Of a DNA stretch of 64,000 bases, positions 39,801-54,800 are shown one piece after another. Below the pieces are notes generated by a model. It did no database searches, was not told the origin of the DNA, and worked only from the letters and a program-made list of their open reading frames with translations. Source of the stretch: Isurus oxyrinchus (Eukaryota); the NCBI GenBank assembly GCA_026770705.1, contig JANJGN010000002.1, positions 208,196,001-208,260,000 on the forward strand. The letters run 5' to 3'. The translations under genes were made by a program, and so were the position numbers. The stretch's first letter is position 1, and every line of letters starts with the position of its first letter.

Positions 39801-42800
39801 ATTGGAAGCTTCAATTGCAGTTGCCATCCTGGATTTAGTTTGTCACCAATGTGACAAACACCTCTCATTGTGATGGAAGGCAATCTTCAAACATGCAGAT
39901 TGTGACAAACTGATGATTGGCATATCACACTGCATCCAACAGCTCCAAATGCTAGATGGCTATCAAGAAACTCTTTGTGTTAATTCACAAAAAACATTCA
40001 GGTTGATTACAATAATCTGTGTCTGTATGCAATCATTATAGGTTGATTGCACATTGTGGTTTCCATTGTGTTAAATTTCTAGACTACAATGATGTTACAT
40101 GTAGGATTAAAAATTTTAGATCAACTTTGCACTTCCGGACTTGCCATGAGCAAGGAATCCTGGTTGTTTTGCATCCATCGTGGGAGGAATGTTGTAGTTT
40201 GTTGAGGGCAGCAGCAGAATGTCCTAATCAAGAGAATCAATACATTAGTCACTGTGATCGGTCTGAGATCATTGCTCATTTCTGCATAGCTTGGAGTCTT
40301 GCACTTTCCTCTTCCATTGACTGGAAGAAACGCCCAGTTTCAATTTCACTGACCATTGAGCAATAATGATTTTGGAAATTAACATTTGAGGTGTTTTCCC
40401 ATTGCCTACCTCGTGTGAATTTAGAAACGCAAGTCCTCTTCAAGGAATGGAAATTGAGAATCAGCCCTTGCCTATGGTGTTCTAGTTCTTTCGCCATCAC
40501 CACTGGAATTTGCTGCTTATGCTGATGGCCTTGGCTCATACCTTGGAGCATGTGACCCTGACCAGAACCTGGGGTGATGAGCAAAACGGCAGGCACAACA
40601 ACCCCTAAGGTCTGCAAAGACACAACCACAAATAGACTTTTTTCTACAAGTATTGCTGAATGCGCAATCAACATATCAAGATGTCAACAAATCTGTGACA
40701 TACAAATGGCAGCTTTACAATGCTGTTGCCATCCAGACTACAGCACCAAAATCTTCACTATGTGATGGTCTGAAATGTTTAAGCGCAAATCTTTATGGGT
40801 TGGAGCAAATAATACATGGCTCATTCAGAATTAGAAAATGAATGGATCACAACAATAATCTGCGCCACATCACAATAGGGATCTTCTGGCAGCAGAATGT
40901 TGTGTTGGAGTTAAGCCATCATTGCTAAGAGATTGTTAAAAAGTTCCCCAATTTCTGATAAACGGCCCGAAATTTGCACGTCTGGATTTGCCATTATTTA
41001 ATATTGTTGAGCCTCAGCCTACAAAGCGGCTGTCACGTTGCAGGTTAGAGGGCACAGAAACATGGTCTCATGGCCAAAAACAACAGTACAATAATTTAGC
41101 CATTATATGGCCATCTGTTATATTAGACGGAGAAGTGAAACTAAATATATTGCTCTTCAAATACAAGAAAAACAACATTATAGAGGCTAGAAGGATGTGT
41201 TGAAAACACGTGAAACTGTGTGGTGAAATGTGAATCAACTAAGCAAGGAATAATTTGATATAATTCTTGCAGATATTGATGAATGTGCAACCAGCACATC
41301 AACCTGTCATCAAATCTGTACCAATACAATTGGAAGCTTCAATTGCAGTTGCCGTCCTGGGTTTACCACCAATGTTACAAACGCTTCTCTTTGTGATGGT
41401 AGGCACTCTTCACATAAACAGATTCTCTGTTATTGATTGTTTGTGAATTGCGCTTCGTTGAACATCTATCACAATATTGCAAATCTAATTGGCTTCAAGC
41501 AAGACTTGGTGCTCCTTAGTAACTAAATAATCAGAAGCTAAATAAAATGTTTAGTAGCGCTTTATGAAGGGATATTTTGTATTTGGCAGATATCACTGAT
41601 GATATTGCTGTTGAATTACACAAATGTTGAATATTATACAATTCAAAAGTAAGTGTTGCAAACGTGATTTAAGTTGCCAATACCTGCTTTCATGTCAATC
41701 AAACTGAGCGAGGAATAATTGGACATTGTTTTGCAGATATTGATGAATGTGCAACCAACACATCAACCTGTCAACAAATCTGCACCAATACGTTTGGAAG
41801 CTTCAATTGCAGTTGCGATCCTGGATTTGGCACCAATGTGACAAACACTTCTCTTTGTGATGGTAGGCAATTTTGAAACAATCAGACCCCTGCAATAATA
41901 ACAAAAATAGCTGGAAAAACTCAGCAGGTCTGATAGCGTCTGTGGAGAGGAAGACAGAGTTAATGTTTTGAGTCCGTTTGACACTTCACATTTCTCTTCA
42001 TTCTGATGAAGACGCATACAGACTCGAAACGTTAACCCTGACTTCCTCTCCACATATGCTGTGAGACCTGTTGAGTTTATTCAGCTACTTATGTTTATGT
42101 TTTTGTTTCAGACTTCCAGCATCTGCAGTATTTTGCTTTTGATCCCTGCAATTGATGATTTGTGAATTGCGTTTCACTGAACAGCTATCAGAAGATTGCT
42201 AATTGTCTTCATGCAAAGTCTTGGTGCGCCCTAATAATTAATAATAAGAAGCTGACAATATATGTAGTAATGCTTTGTAATGAGATATACCATATTTGGA
42301 AGATGTCTTTTATAAAATTGTTGTTGAATCATGGATGTGTTAATCAGGATGGAATCCAAAAGGAAGTGTTGCAAACATGTGATTTAAATTGTCAATGTAT
42401 TTTAATCGAACTGAGTGAGGATTGATTGGACTTTTTTGTGCAGATATTGATGAATGTGCAATCAACACATCAACCTGTCAACAAATCTGCACGAATACAA
42501 TTGGAAGCTTCAATTGCAGTTGCCATCCTGGATTTAGCACCAATGTGACAAACACTTCTCTTTGTGATGGTAGGTAACCTTCAAACATGCAGATTGTGAC
42601 AAACTGATGATTGGCATATCACAATATATACAACTGCTGCTAATGCTAGATGGCTATCAAAAATCTCTTTGTGTTACTTCACAGAAAAACACTCAGAGGT
42701 TGATAACAATAATCTATGTAATTGTACATCGTGGTTTCCATTGTGTTAAAGTCATAGACTACAATGATATTACATGTATGATTCTGAATTTTGTATCAAA

Positions 42801-45800
42801 AGCACGTTCTTTGTGCTTCGGGACTTGCCATGAGCCAGGGATCCTGGTTGTTTTGCAACCATGGTGATAGGAATGTTGTAGTTTGTTGAGGGCAGCAGCA
42901 GAATGTCCTAGCCAGAGAATCAATAAATTAGTCATTGTGATCTGTCTGAAATTTTTGCTGATTTCTGCATTGTGTGGAATCTTGCACTCTCCTCTTACAT
43001 TGCTTGCAAGAAATGCCCATTTTCAATTTCATTGATCATTGAGCAATATGATTTTGGAAATTAATATTTGAGGTGTTTTCCCAGTGCCTACCTCATGTGT
43101 GAATGTAGAAACTCAAGTCCTCTTCACAGAATGGATATTGAGAATCAGCCCTTGCCTATGATATTCTCAATCTTTCGCCATCACCACTGGAATTTGCTGC
43201 TTATGCTGATGGCCTTTGCTCATACCTTGGAGCATATGACACTGACCTGAGCCTGGGGTGATGAGCAAAAGGGCAGGCACAATGACCCCTGAGGTCTGCA
43301 ATGACCCTGACACAATCACAAATAGAATTTCTTCTACAAGTATCAATGAATGTGCAATCAACACATCAGGATGTCAACAAATCTGCACCAATACAATTGG
43401 GAGCTTTACATGCTGTTGCCATCTAGGCTTCAGCACCAAAATTTTCGCTTTGTGATGGTCTGAAATGTTTAAGCACAAATGTTGAAGCAAATAATACGTG
43501 GCTCATTCAGAATTAGGAAAAGAATGGATCACGACAATAATCTATGCTAAAACACAATAGGGATCTTCTGGAAGCAAAATGTTGTGTTGGAGTAAAGCAG
43601 TCATTACTGGGAGATTATTAAAAAGTTCCCCAATTTCTGATAAATGGCTTGCACTTTGCACTTCAGGACTTGCCATTATTTAACATTGTTGAGCCGAAGC
43701 CTACTAAGTAGCTGTAACATTGTAGGTTAGAGAGCACAGAAGAAAAGTTTCATGGCCAAAAACAACAAATCAATAATTTAGTCATTATATGGCCAGCTGT
43801 TATATTTGACGGAGAATTGAAACTAAATATATTGCTCTTGAAATACAGAGTAAACCAACATTATAGAGGCTAGAAGGATGTGTTGAAAACATGTGAAATG
43901 TATGGTCAAATATGAATCAACTAAGCAAGGAATAATTTGATATATTTCTTGCAGATATTGATGAATGTGCAACCAACACATCAACCTGTCATCAAATCTG
44001 TACCAATACAATTGGAAGCTTCAGTTGCAGTTGCCGTCCTGGGTTTACCACCAATGTTACAAATACTTCTCTTTGTGATGGTAGGCGCTCTTCACATGAA
44101 CAGATTCTCCGTTATTGATTGTCTGTGAATTGCGCTTCATCAAACATCTGTCACTATATTGCAAATCTAATTGGCTTCAAGTAAGACTTGATACTCCTTA
44201 GTAACTAAATAATCAGAAGCTAAATAATATGATTAGTTGCGCTTTATGAAGGGCTATTTTATATTTGGATAATGTCACTGATGATATTGCAGTTGAATTT
44301 GAGAAATGTTGAATATTATACAATTCAAAAGTAAGTGTTGCAAACATGTGATTTAAGTTGTCAATGCCTGCTTTCATGTCAATCAAACTGAGTGAGGAAT
44401 AATTGGACATTGTTTTGCAGATATTGATGAATGTGCAACCAACACATCAACCTGTCAACAAATCTGCACCAATACAATTGGAAACTTCAATTGCAGTTGC
44501 GATCCTGGCTTTAGCACCAATGTGACAAACACTTCTCTTTGTGATGGTAGGCAACATTCAAACAATCAGACCACTGAAATAAAAGCAAAAATAGATGCCA
44601 AAACTCAGTAGGTCTGACAACATCTGTGGCGAAGAAAACAGAGTTATCGTTTTGAGTCTGTATGACTCGTCACATTTCTCTTCATTCTGATGCAGACTCA
44701 TACGGACTCGAAACGTTAACCCTGACTTCCTCTCAACAAATGACTTGCTGAGTTTTTCCAGCTATTTATGTTTCTGTTTCAGATTTCCAGCATCTGCAGT
44801 ATTTTGCATTTGATCCCTGCAATTGATGTTTTGTGAATTGCGTTTCACGGAACAGCTATCTGTACATTGCTAATTGTCTTCACGCAAAGACTTGGTGCAC
44901 TGTAATAATTAAGTAAAAAGAAGCTGACAATATATGTAATTATGCTGTGTAATGAGATATGCCATATTTGTAAGATGTCTTTTATAATATTGTTGTAGAA
45001 TCATGGATGTGTTAATCACGATAGAATCCGAAAGGAAGTGTTGCAAACATATGATTTAAATTGTCAATGTATTCGCTTATTTTAATCAAACTGAGTGAGG
45101 ATTGATTGGACTTTTATGTGCAGATATTGATGAATGTGCAATCAACACATCAACCTGTCAACAAATCTGCGCAAATACAATTGGAAGCTTCAATTGCAGT
45201 TGCCATCCTGGATTTAGTTTGTCACCAATGTGACAAACACCTCTCATTGTGATGGAAGGCAATCTTCAAACATGCAGATTGTGACAAACTGATGATTGGC
45301 ATATCACACTGCATCCAACAGCTCCAAATGCTAGATGGCTATCAAGAAGCTCTTTGTGTTAATTCACAAAAAACATTCAGGTTGATTACAATAATCTGTG
45401 TCTGTATGCAATCATTATAGGTTGATTGCACATTGTGGTTTCCATTGTGTTAAATTTCTAGACTACAATGATGTTACATGTAGGATTAAAAATTTTAGAT
45501 CAACTTTGCACTTCCGGACTTGCCATGAGCAAGGAATCCTGGTTGTTTTGCATCCATCGTGGGAGGAATGTTGTAGTTTGTTGAGGGCAGCAGCAGAATG
45601 TCCTAATCAAGAGAATCAATATATTAGTCACTGTGATCGGTCTGAGATCACTGCTCATTTCTGCATAGCTTGGAGTCTTGCACTTTCCTCTTCCATTGAC
45701 TGGAAGAAACGCCCAAGTTCAATTTCACTGACCATTGAGCAATAATGATTTTGGAAATTAACATTTGAGGTGTTTTCCCATTGCCTACCTCGTGTGAATT

Positions 45801-48800
45801 TAGAAATGCAAGTCCTCTTCAAGGAATGGAAATTGAGAATCAGCCCTTGCCTATGGTGTTCTAGTTCTTTCGCCATCACCACTGGAATTTGCTGCTTATG
45901 CTGATGGCCTTGGCTCATACCTTGGAGCATGTGACCCTGACCAGAACCTGGGGTGATGAGTAAAAGGGCAGGCACAACCACCCCTGAGGTCTGCAATGAC
46001 ACAACCACTAATAGACTTTTTTCTACAAGTATCGCTGAATGTGCAATCAGCATATCAAGATGTCAACAAATCTGTGACATACAAATGGCAGCTTTACAAT
46101 GCTGTTGCCATCCAGACTTCAGCACCAAAATCTTCGCTTTGTGATGGTCTGAAATGTTTAAGCGCAAATCTTTATGGGTTGAAGCAAATAATACATGGCT
46201 CATTCAGAATTAGAAAATGAATGGATCACAACAATAATCAGTGCCACATCACAATAGGGATCTTCTGGCAGCAGAATGTTGTGTTGGAGTTAAGCCATCA
46301 TTGCTAACAGATTGTTAAAAAGTTCCCCAATTTCTGATAAACGGCCCAAAATTTGCACTTCTGGATTTGCCATTATTTAACGATGTTGAGCCTAAGCCTA
46401 CTAAGCGGCTGTCACGTTGCAGGTTAGAGGGCACAGAAACATGGTCTCATGGCCAAAAACAACAGTACAATAATTTAGCCATTATATGGCCAGCTGTTAT
46501 ATTTGACGGAGAAGGGAAACTAAACATTTTGCTCTTCAAATACAAGAAAAACAACATTATAGAGGCTAGAAGGATGATTTGAAAACATGTGAAAATGTAT
46601 GGTCAAATGTGAATCAACTAAGAAAGGAATAATTTGATATATTCCTTGCAGATATTGATGAATGTGCAACCAACACATCAACCTGTCATCAAATCTGTAC
46701 CAATACAATTGGAAGTTTCAATTGCAGTTGCCGTCCTGGGTTTACCACCAATGTTACAAACGCTTCTCTTTGTGATGGTAGGCACACTTCACATAAACAG
46801 ATTCTCTGTTATTGATTGTTTGTGAATTGCACTTTATCCAACATCTATCACTGTATTGCAAATCTCATTGGCTTCATGCAAGACTTCGTGTTCCTTAGTG
46901 ACTAAATTATCACAATCTAAATAATATGTTTAGTAGCACTTTATGAAGGAATATTTTGTATTGGAAGCTGTCACTGATGATATTGCAGTTGAATTTGAGA
47001 AATGTTGAATATTATACAATTCAAAAGTAAATGTTGCAAATATATGATTTAAGTTGCCAATGCCTGCTTTCATATCAGTCAAACTGAGTGAGGAATACTT
47101 GGACATTGTTTTGCAGATATTGATGAATGTGCAACCAACACATCAACCTGTCAACAAATCTGCACCAATACAGTTGGAAGCTTCAATTGCAGTTGCGATC
47201 CTGGATTTGGCACCAATGTGACAAACACTTCTCTTTGTAATGGTAGGCACCCTTCAAACAATCAGACCCCTGCAATAAAAGCAAAAATAGATGCAAAAAC
47301 TCAGCAGGTCTGACAACATCTGTGGGAAGAAGACAGTGTTAATGATTCGAGTCCGTATGTCTGGTCACATTTCTCTTCGTTCTGATGAAGACTAATACGG
47401 ACTCGAAATGTTAATTCTAGCTGCCTCTACACATATGTTGTCAGACCTGTTGAGTTTATTCAGCTATTTATGTTTTTGTTTCAGACTTCCAGCATCTGCA
47501 GTGTTTTGCTTTTGATCCCTGCAATTGATGATTTGTGAACTGCTTTTCACTGAACAGCTATCAGAAGGTTGCTAATTGTCTTCACGCAAAGTCTTGGTGC
47601 ACCGTAATAATTAATAATAAGAAGCTGACAATATATGTAGTAATGCTTTGTAATGAGATATGCCATATTTGGAAGATGTCTTTTATAATATTGTTGTTGA
47701 ATCATGGATGTGTTAATCACGATGAAATCCAAAAGGAAGTTTTGCAAACATGTGATTTAAATTGTCAATGTATTTTAATCAACTGAGTGAGGATTGATTA
47801 GAATTTCTTGTGCAGATATTGATGAATGTGCAATCAACACATCAACCTGTCAACAAATCTGCACGAATACAATTGGAAGCTTCAATTGCAGTTGCCATCC
47901 TGGATTTAGCACCAATGTGACAAACACTTCTCATTGTGATGGTAGGCAACCTTCAAACATGCAGATTCTGACAAACTGATGATTGGCGTATCACGCTGCA
48001 TCCAGCTGCTCCTAATGCTAGATGGCCATCAAGAAGCTCTTTGTGTTACTTGACAAAGAAACACTAAGAGGTTGATGACAATAATCTATGTTTTTATGCA
48101 ATCATTATATGTTGATTGCACATTGTGGTTTCCATTATGTTAAATGGATTGAATACAATGATATTACATGTAGGATTAGGATTTGTGGATCAACTTTGCA
48201 CTTCTGGACTTGCCATGAGGAAGGGATCCTCGTTGCTTTGCATCCATGATGGTAGGAATGTTGTTGTTTGTTGAGGGCAGCAGCAGAATGTCCTGACCAA
48301 GAGAATCATTACATTAGTCCTTGTGATCTGTCTGAGATCATTGCTCATTTCTGCACAGCTTGGTGTCTTACGCTTTCCTCTTCCATTGACTGGAAGAAAT
48401 GCCCATTTTCAATTTCATTGCTCATTGAGCAATATGACTTTGGAAATTAATATTTGAGGTGTTTTCCCATTGCCTACCTCGTGTGAATTTAGAAACTCAA
48501 GTCCTCTTCATAGAATGGATATTGAGAATCAGCCCTTGCCTATGGTGTTCTAGTTCTTTCGCCATCACCACTGGAAATTGCTGCTTATGCTGATGGCCTT
48601 GGCTCATACCTTGGAGCATGTGACCCTGACCAGAACCTGGGGTGATGAGCAAAAGGGCAGGCACAACCACCCCTGAGGTCTGCAATGACACAACCACAAA
48701 TAGACTTTTTTCTACAAGTATCGCTGAACGTGCAATCAGCATATCAAGATGTCAACAAATCTGTGCCATACAAATGGCAGCTTTACAATGCTGTTGCCAT

Positions 48801-51800
48801 CCAGACTTCAGCACCAAAATCTTCGCTTTGTGATGGTCTGCAATGTTTAAGCGCAAATCTTTATGGGTTGAAGCAAATAATACATGGCTCATTCAGAATT
48901 AGAAAATGAATGGATCACAACAATAATCTGTGCCACATCACAATAGGGATCTTCTGGCAGCAGAATGTTGTGTAGGAGTTAAGCCATCATTGCTAAGAGA
49001 TTGTTAAAATGTTCCCCAATTTCTGATAAACGGCCCAAAATTTGCACTTCTGGATTTGCCATTATTTAATATTGTTGAGCCTAAGCCTACTAAGCGGCTG
49101 TCATGTTGCAGGTTAGAGGGCACAGAAACATGGTCTCATGTCCAAAAACAACAGTATAATAATTTAGCCATTATATGGCCATCTGTTATATTAGACGGAG
49201 AAGTGAAACTAAATATATTGCTCTTCAAATACAAGAAAAACAACATTATAGAGGCTAGAAGGATGTGTTGAAAACACGTGAAACTGTATGGTGAAATGTG
49301 AATCAACTAAGCAAGGAATACTTTGATATACTTCTTGCAGATATTGATGAATGTGCAACCAGCACATCAACCTGTCATCAAATCTGTACCAATACAATTG
49401 GAAGCTTCAATTGCAGTTGCCGTCCTGGGTTTACCACCAATGTTACAAACACTTCTCTTTGTGATGACAGGCACTCTTCACAAAACAGATTCTCTGTTAT
49501 TGATTGTTTGTGAATTGCGATTTATGCAACATCTATCAATATATTGCAAATTGGCTTCATGCAAGACTTGGTGTTCCTTAGTAACTAAATTATCACAAGC
49601 TAAATAATATGTATTGTAGCACTTTATGAAGGGATATTTTGTATTGGAAGCTGTCACTGATGATATTGCAGTTGAATTTGAGAAATGTTGAATATTATAC
49701 AATTCAAAAGTAAATGTTGCAAACATGTGATTTAAGTTGCCAATGCCTGCTTTCATGTCAATCAAACTGAGTGGGGAATAACTGGACATTGTTTTGCAGA
49801 TATTGATGAATGTGCAACCAACACATCAACCTGTCAACAAATCTGCACCAATACAATTGGAAGCTTCAATTGCAGTTGCGATCCTGGATTTGGCACCAAT
49901 GTGACAAACACTTCTCTTTGTAATGGTAGGCAACCTTCAAACAATCAGACCCCTGCAATTAAAGCAAAAATAGATGCAAAAACTCAGCAGGTCTGACAAC
50001 ATCTGTGGGGAAGAAGACAGAGTTAATGATTCGAGTCCGTATGACTGGTCACATTTCTCTTCATTCTGATGAAGACTCATATGGACTCGAAACGTTAACT
50101 CTAACTGCCTCTCCACATATGCTGTCAGACCTGTAGCATTTACTCAGCTATTTATGTTTTTGTTTCAGTCTTCCAGCATCTGCAGTATTTTGCATTTGAT
50201 CCCTGCAATTGATGATTTGTGAACTGCTTTTCACTGAACAGCTATCAGAAGGTTGCTAATTGTCTTCACGCAAAGTCTTGGTGCACCGTAATAATTAATA
50301 ATAAAAAGCTGACAATATATGTAGTAATGCTTTGTAATGAGATATGCCATATTTGGAAGGTGTCTTTCATAAAATTGTTGTTGAATCATGGATGTGTTAA
50401 TCAGGATGGAATCCAAAAGGAAGTGTTGCAAACATGTGATTTAAATTGTCAATGTATTTTAATCAAACTGAGTGAGGATTGATTAGACTTTTTTGTGCAG
50501 ATATTGATGAATGTGCAATCAACACATCAACCTGTCAACAAATCTGCACGAATACAATTGGAAGCTTCAATTGCAGTTGCCATCCTGGATTTAGCACCAA
50601 TGTGACAAACACTTCTCATTGTGATGGTAGGCAACCTTCAAACATGCAGATTCTGACAAACTGATGATTGGCGTATCACGCTGCATCCAACTGCTCCTAA
50701 TGCTAGATGGCCATCAAGATGCTCTTTGTGTTACTTGACAAACAAACACTAAGAGGTTGATGACAATAATCTATGTTTTTATGCAATCATTATATGTTGT
50801 TTGCACATTGTGGTTTTCATTATGTTAAATGGATTGAATACAATGATATTACATGTAGGATTAGGATTTGTGGATCAACTTTGCACTTCTGGACTTGCCA
50901 TGAGGAAGGGATCCTCGTTGTTTTGCATCCATGATGGTAGGAATGTTGTAGTTTGTTGAGGGCAGCAGCAGAATGTCCTGACCAAGAGAATCAATACATT
51001 AGTCCTTGTGATCTGTCTGAGAGCATTGCTCATTTCTGCACAGCTTGGTGTCTTACGCTTTCCTCTTCCATTGACTGGAAGAAATGCCCATTTTCAATTT
51101 CATTGCTCATTGAGCAATATGACTTTGGAAATTAATATTTGAGGTGTTTTCCCATTGCCTACCTCGTGTGAATTTAGAAACTCAAGCCCTCTTCATAGAA
51201 TGGATATTGAGAATCAGCCCTTGCCTTTGGTGTTCTAGTTCTTTCGCCATCACCACTGGAATTTGCTGCTTATGCTGATGGCCTTGGCTCATACCTTGGA
51301 GCATGTGACCCTGACCAGAACCTGGGGTGATGAGCAAAAGGGCAGGCACAACCACCCCTGAGGTCTGCAATGACACAACCACTAATAGACTTTTTTCTAC
51401 AAGTATCGCTGAATGTGCAATCAGCATATCAAGATGTCAACAAATCTGTGCCATACAAATGGCAGCTTTACAATGCTGTTGCCATCCAGACTTCAGCACC
51501 AAAATCTTCGCTTTGTGATGGTCTGAAATGTTTAAGCGCAAATCTTTATGGGTTGAAGCAAATAATACATGGCTCATTCAGAATTAGAAAATGAATGGAT
51601 CACAACAATAATCTGTGCCACATCACAATAGGGATCTTCTGGCAGCAGAATGTTGTGTTGGAGTTAAGCCATCGTTGCTAAGAGATTGTTAAAAAGTTCC
51701 CCAATTTCTGATAAACGGCCCGAAATTTGCACTTCTGGATTTGCCATTATTTAACGTTGTTGAGCCTAAGCCTACTAAGTGGCTGTCACGTTGCAGGTTA

Positions 51801-54800
51801 GAGAGCACAGAAACATGGTCTCATGGCCAAAAACAACAGTACAATAATTTAGCCATTATATGGCCAGCTGTTATATTTGACGGAGAAGGGAAACTAAACA
51901 TATTACTCTTCAAATACAAGAAAAACAACATTATAGAGGCTTGAAGGATGTGTTGAAAACACGTGAAACTGTGTGGTGAAATGTGAATCAACTAAGCAAG
52001 GAATAATTTGATATAATTCTTGCAGATATTGTTGAATGTTCAACCAACACATCAAACTGTCATCAAATCTGTACCAATACAATTGGAAGCTTCAATTGCA
52101 GTTGCCGTCCTGGGTTTACCACCAATGTTACAAACGCTTCTCTTTGTGATGATAGAAGCTCTTCACATAAACAGATTCTCTGTTATTGATTGTTTGTGAA
52201 TTGCACTTTATCCAACATCTATCACTATATTGCAAATCTCATTGGCTTCATGCATGACTTGGTGTTCCTTAGTAACTAAATTATCACAATCTAAATAATA
52301 TGTTTAGTAGCACTTTATGAAGGGCTATTTTGTATTGGAAGCTGTCACTGATGATATTGCAGTTGAATTTGAGAAATGTTGAATATTATACAATTCAAAA
52401 GTAAATGTTGCAAATATGTGATTTAAGTTGCCAATGCCTGCTTTCATGTCAATCAAACTGAGTGAGGAATAATTGGACATTGTTTTGCAGATATTGATGA
52501 ATGTGCAACCAACACATCAACCTGTCAACAAATCTGCACCAATACAATTGGAAGCTTCAATTGCAGTTGCGATCCTGGATTTGGCACCAATGTGACAAAC
52601 ACTTCTCTTTGTAATGGTAGGCAACCTTCAAACAATCAGACCCCTGCAATTAAAGCAAAAATAGATGCAAAAACTCAGCAGGTCTGACAACATCTGTGGG
52701 GAAGAAGACAGAGTTAATGATTCGAGTCCGTATGACTGGTCACATTTCTCTTCATTCTGATGAAGACTCATACGGACTCGAAACGTTAACTCTAACTGCC
52801 TCTCCACATATGCTGTCAGACGTGTTGCGTTTATTCAGCTATTTATGTTTTTGTTTCAGACTTCCAGCATCTGCAGTATTTTGCTTTTGATCCCTGCAAT
52901 TGATGATTTGTGAACTGCTTTTCACTGAACAGCTATCAGAAGATTGCTTATTGTCTTCACGCAAAGTCTTGGTGCACCGTAATAATTAATAATAAGAAGC
53001 TGACAATATATGTAGTAATGCTTTGTAATGAGATATGCCATATTTGGAAGATGTCTTTTATAAAATTGTTGTTGAATCATGGATGTGTTAATCAGGATGG
53101 AATCCAAAAGGAAGTGTTGCAAACATGTGATTTAAATTGTCAATGTATTTTAATCAAACTGAGTGAGGATTGATTAGACTTTTTTGTGCAGATATTGATG
53201 AATGTGCAATCAACACATCAACCTGTCAACAAATCTGCACCAATACAATTGGAAGCTTCAATTGCAGTTGCCATCCTGGATTTAGCACCAATGTGACAAA
53301 CACTTCTCATTGTGATGGTAGGCAACCTTCAGACATGCAGATTCTGACAAACTGATGATTGACGTATCACGCTGCATCCAACTGCTCCTAATGCTAGATG
53401 GCCATCAAGAAGCTCTTTGTGTTACTTGACAAAGAAACACTAAGAGGTTGATGACAATAATCTATGTTTTTATGCAATCATTATATGTTGATTGCGCATT
53501 GTGGTTTCCATTATGTTAAATGGATTGAATACAATGATATTACATGTAGGATTAGGATTTGTGGATCAACTTTGCACTTCTGGACTTGCCATGAGGAAGG
53601 GATCCTCGTTGTTTTGCATCCATGATGATAGGAATGTTGTAGTTTGTTGAGGGCAGCAGCAGAATGTCCTGACCAAGAGAATCAATACATTAGTCCTTGT
53701 GATCTGTCTGAGAGCATTGCTCATTTCTGCACAGCTTGGTGTCTTACGCTTTCCTCTTCCATTGACTGGAAGAAATGCCCATTTTCAATTTCATTGCTCA
53801 TTGAGCAATATGACTTTGAGGTGTTTTCCCATTGCCTACCACGTGTGAATTTAGAAACTCAAGTCCTCTTCATGGAATGGATATTGAAAATCAGCCCTTG
53901 CCAATGGTGTTCTAGTTCTTTCGCCATCACCACTGGAATTTGCTGCTTATGCTGATGGCCTTGGCTCATACCTTGGAGCATGTGACCCTGACCAGAACCT
54001 GGGGTGATGAGCAAATGGGCAGGCACAACCACCCCTGAGGTCTGCAATGACACAACCACAAATAGACTTATTTCTACCAGTATCGCTGAATGTGCAATCA
54101 GCATATCAAGATGTCAACAAATCTGTGCCATAAAAATTACAGCTTTACAATGCTGTTGCCATCCAGACTTCAGCACCAAAATCTTCGCTTTGTGATGGTC
54201 TGAAATGTTTAAGTGCAAATCTTTATGGGTTGAAGCAAATAATACATAGCTCATTCATAATTAGAAAATTAATGGATCACAACAATAAACTGTGCCACAT
54301 CACAATAGGGATCTTCTGGCAGCAGAATGTTGAGTTGGAGTTAAGCCATCATTGCTAAGAGATTGTTAAAAAGTTCCCCAATATCTGATAAACAGCCCGA
54401 AATTTGCACTTCTGGATTTGCCATTATTTAACGTTGTTGAGCCTAACCCTACTAAGTGGCTGTCACGTTGCAGGTTAGACAGCACAGAAACATGGTCTCA
54501 TGGCCAAAAACAACAGTATAATAATTTAGCCATTATATGGCCAGCTGTTATATTTGTCGGAGAAGTGAAACTAAATATATTGCTCTTCAAATACAAGAAA
54601 AAAACATTAGAGAGGCTAGAAGGATGTGTTGAAAACACGTAAAACTGTGTGGTGAAATGTGAATCAACTAAGCAATGAATAATTTGATATAATTCTTGCA
54701 GATATTGATGAATGTGCAACCAGCACATCAAACTGTCATCAAATCTGTACCAATACAATTGGAAGCTTCAATTGCATTTGCCGTCCTGGGTTTACCACCA

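Larger units (their letters stand above)
26231..45950 (+). repeat. Continuation of 5379-bp HOR array, ~3.7 copies (post-gap)
   Basis: Offsets 29775, 35154 and 40533 relative to copy 1 (steps of 5379); divergence starts near 44800. Confidence 0.95.

Noticed and set aside
1-45950. The near-perfect 5379-bp array as a pure assembly artefact
   Set aside because: Copy-specific SNPs exist, one is polarised along the array (T in copies 1-2, C afterwards), and the array grades into divergent units. The exact copy number remains uncertain.
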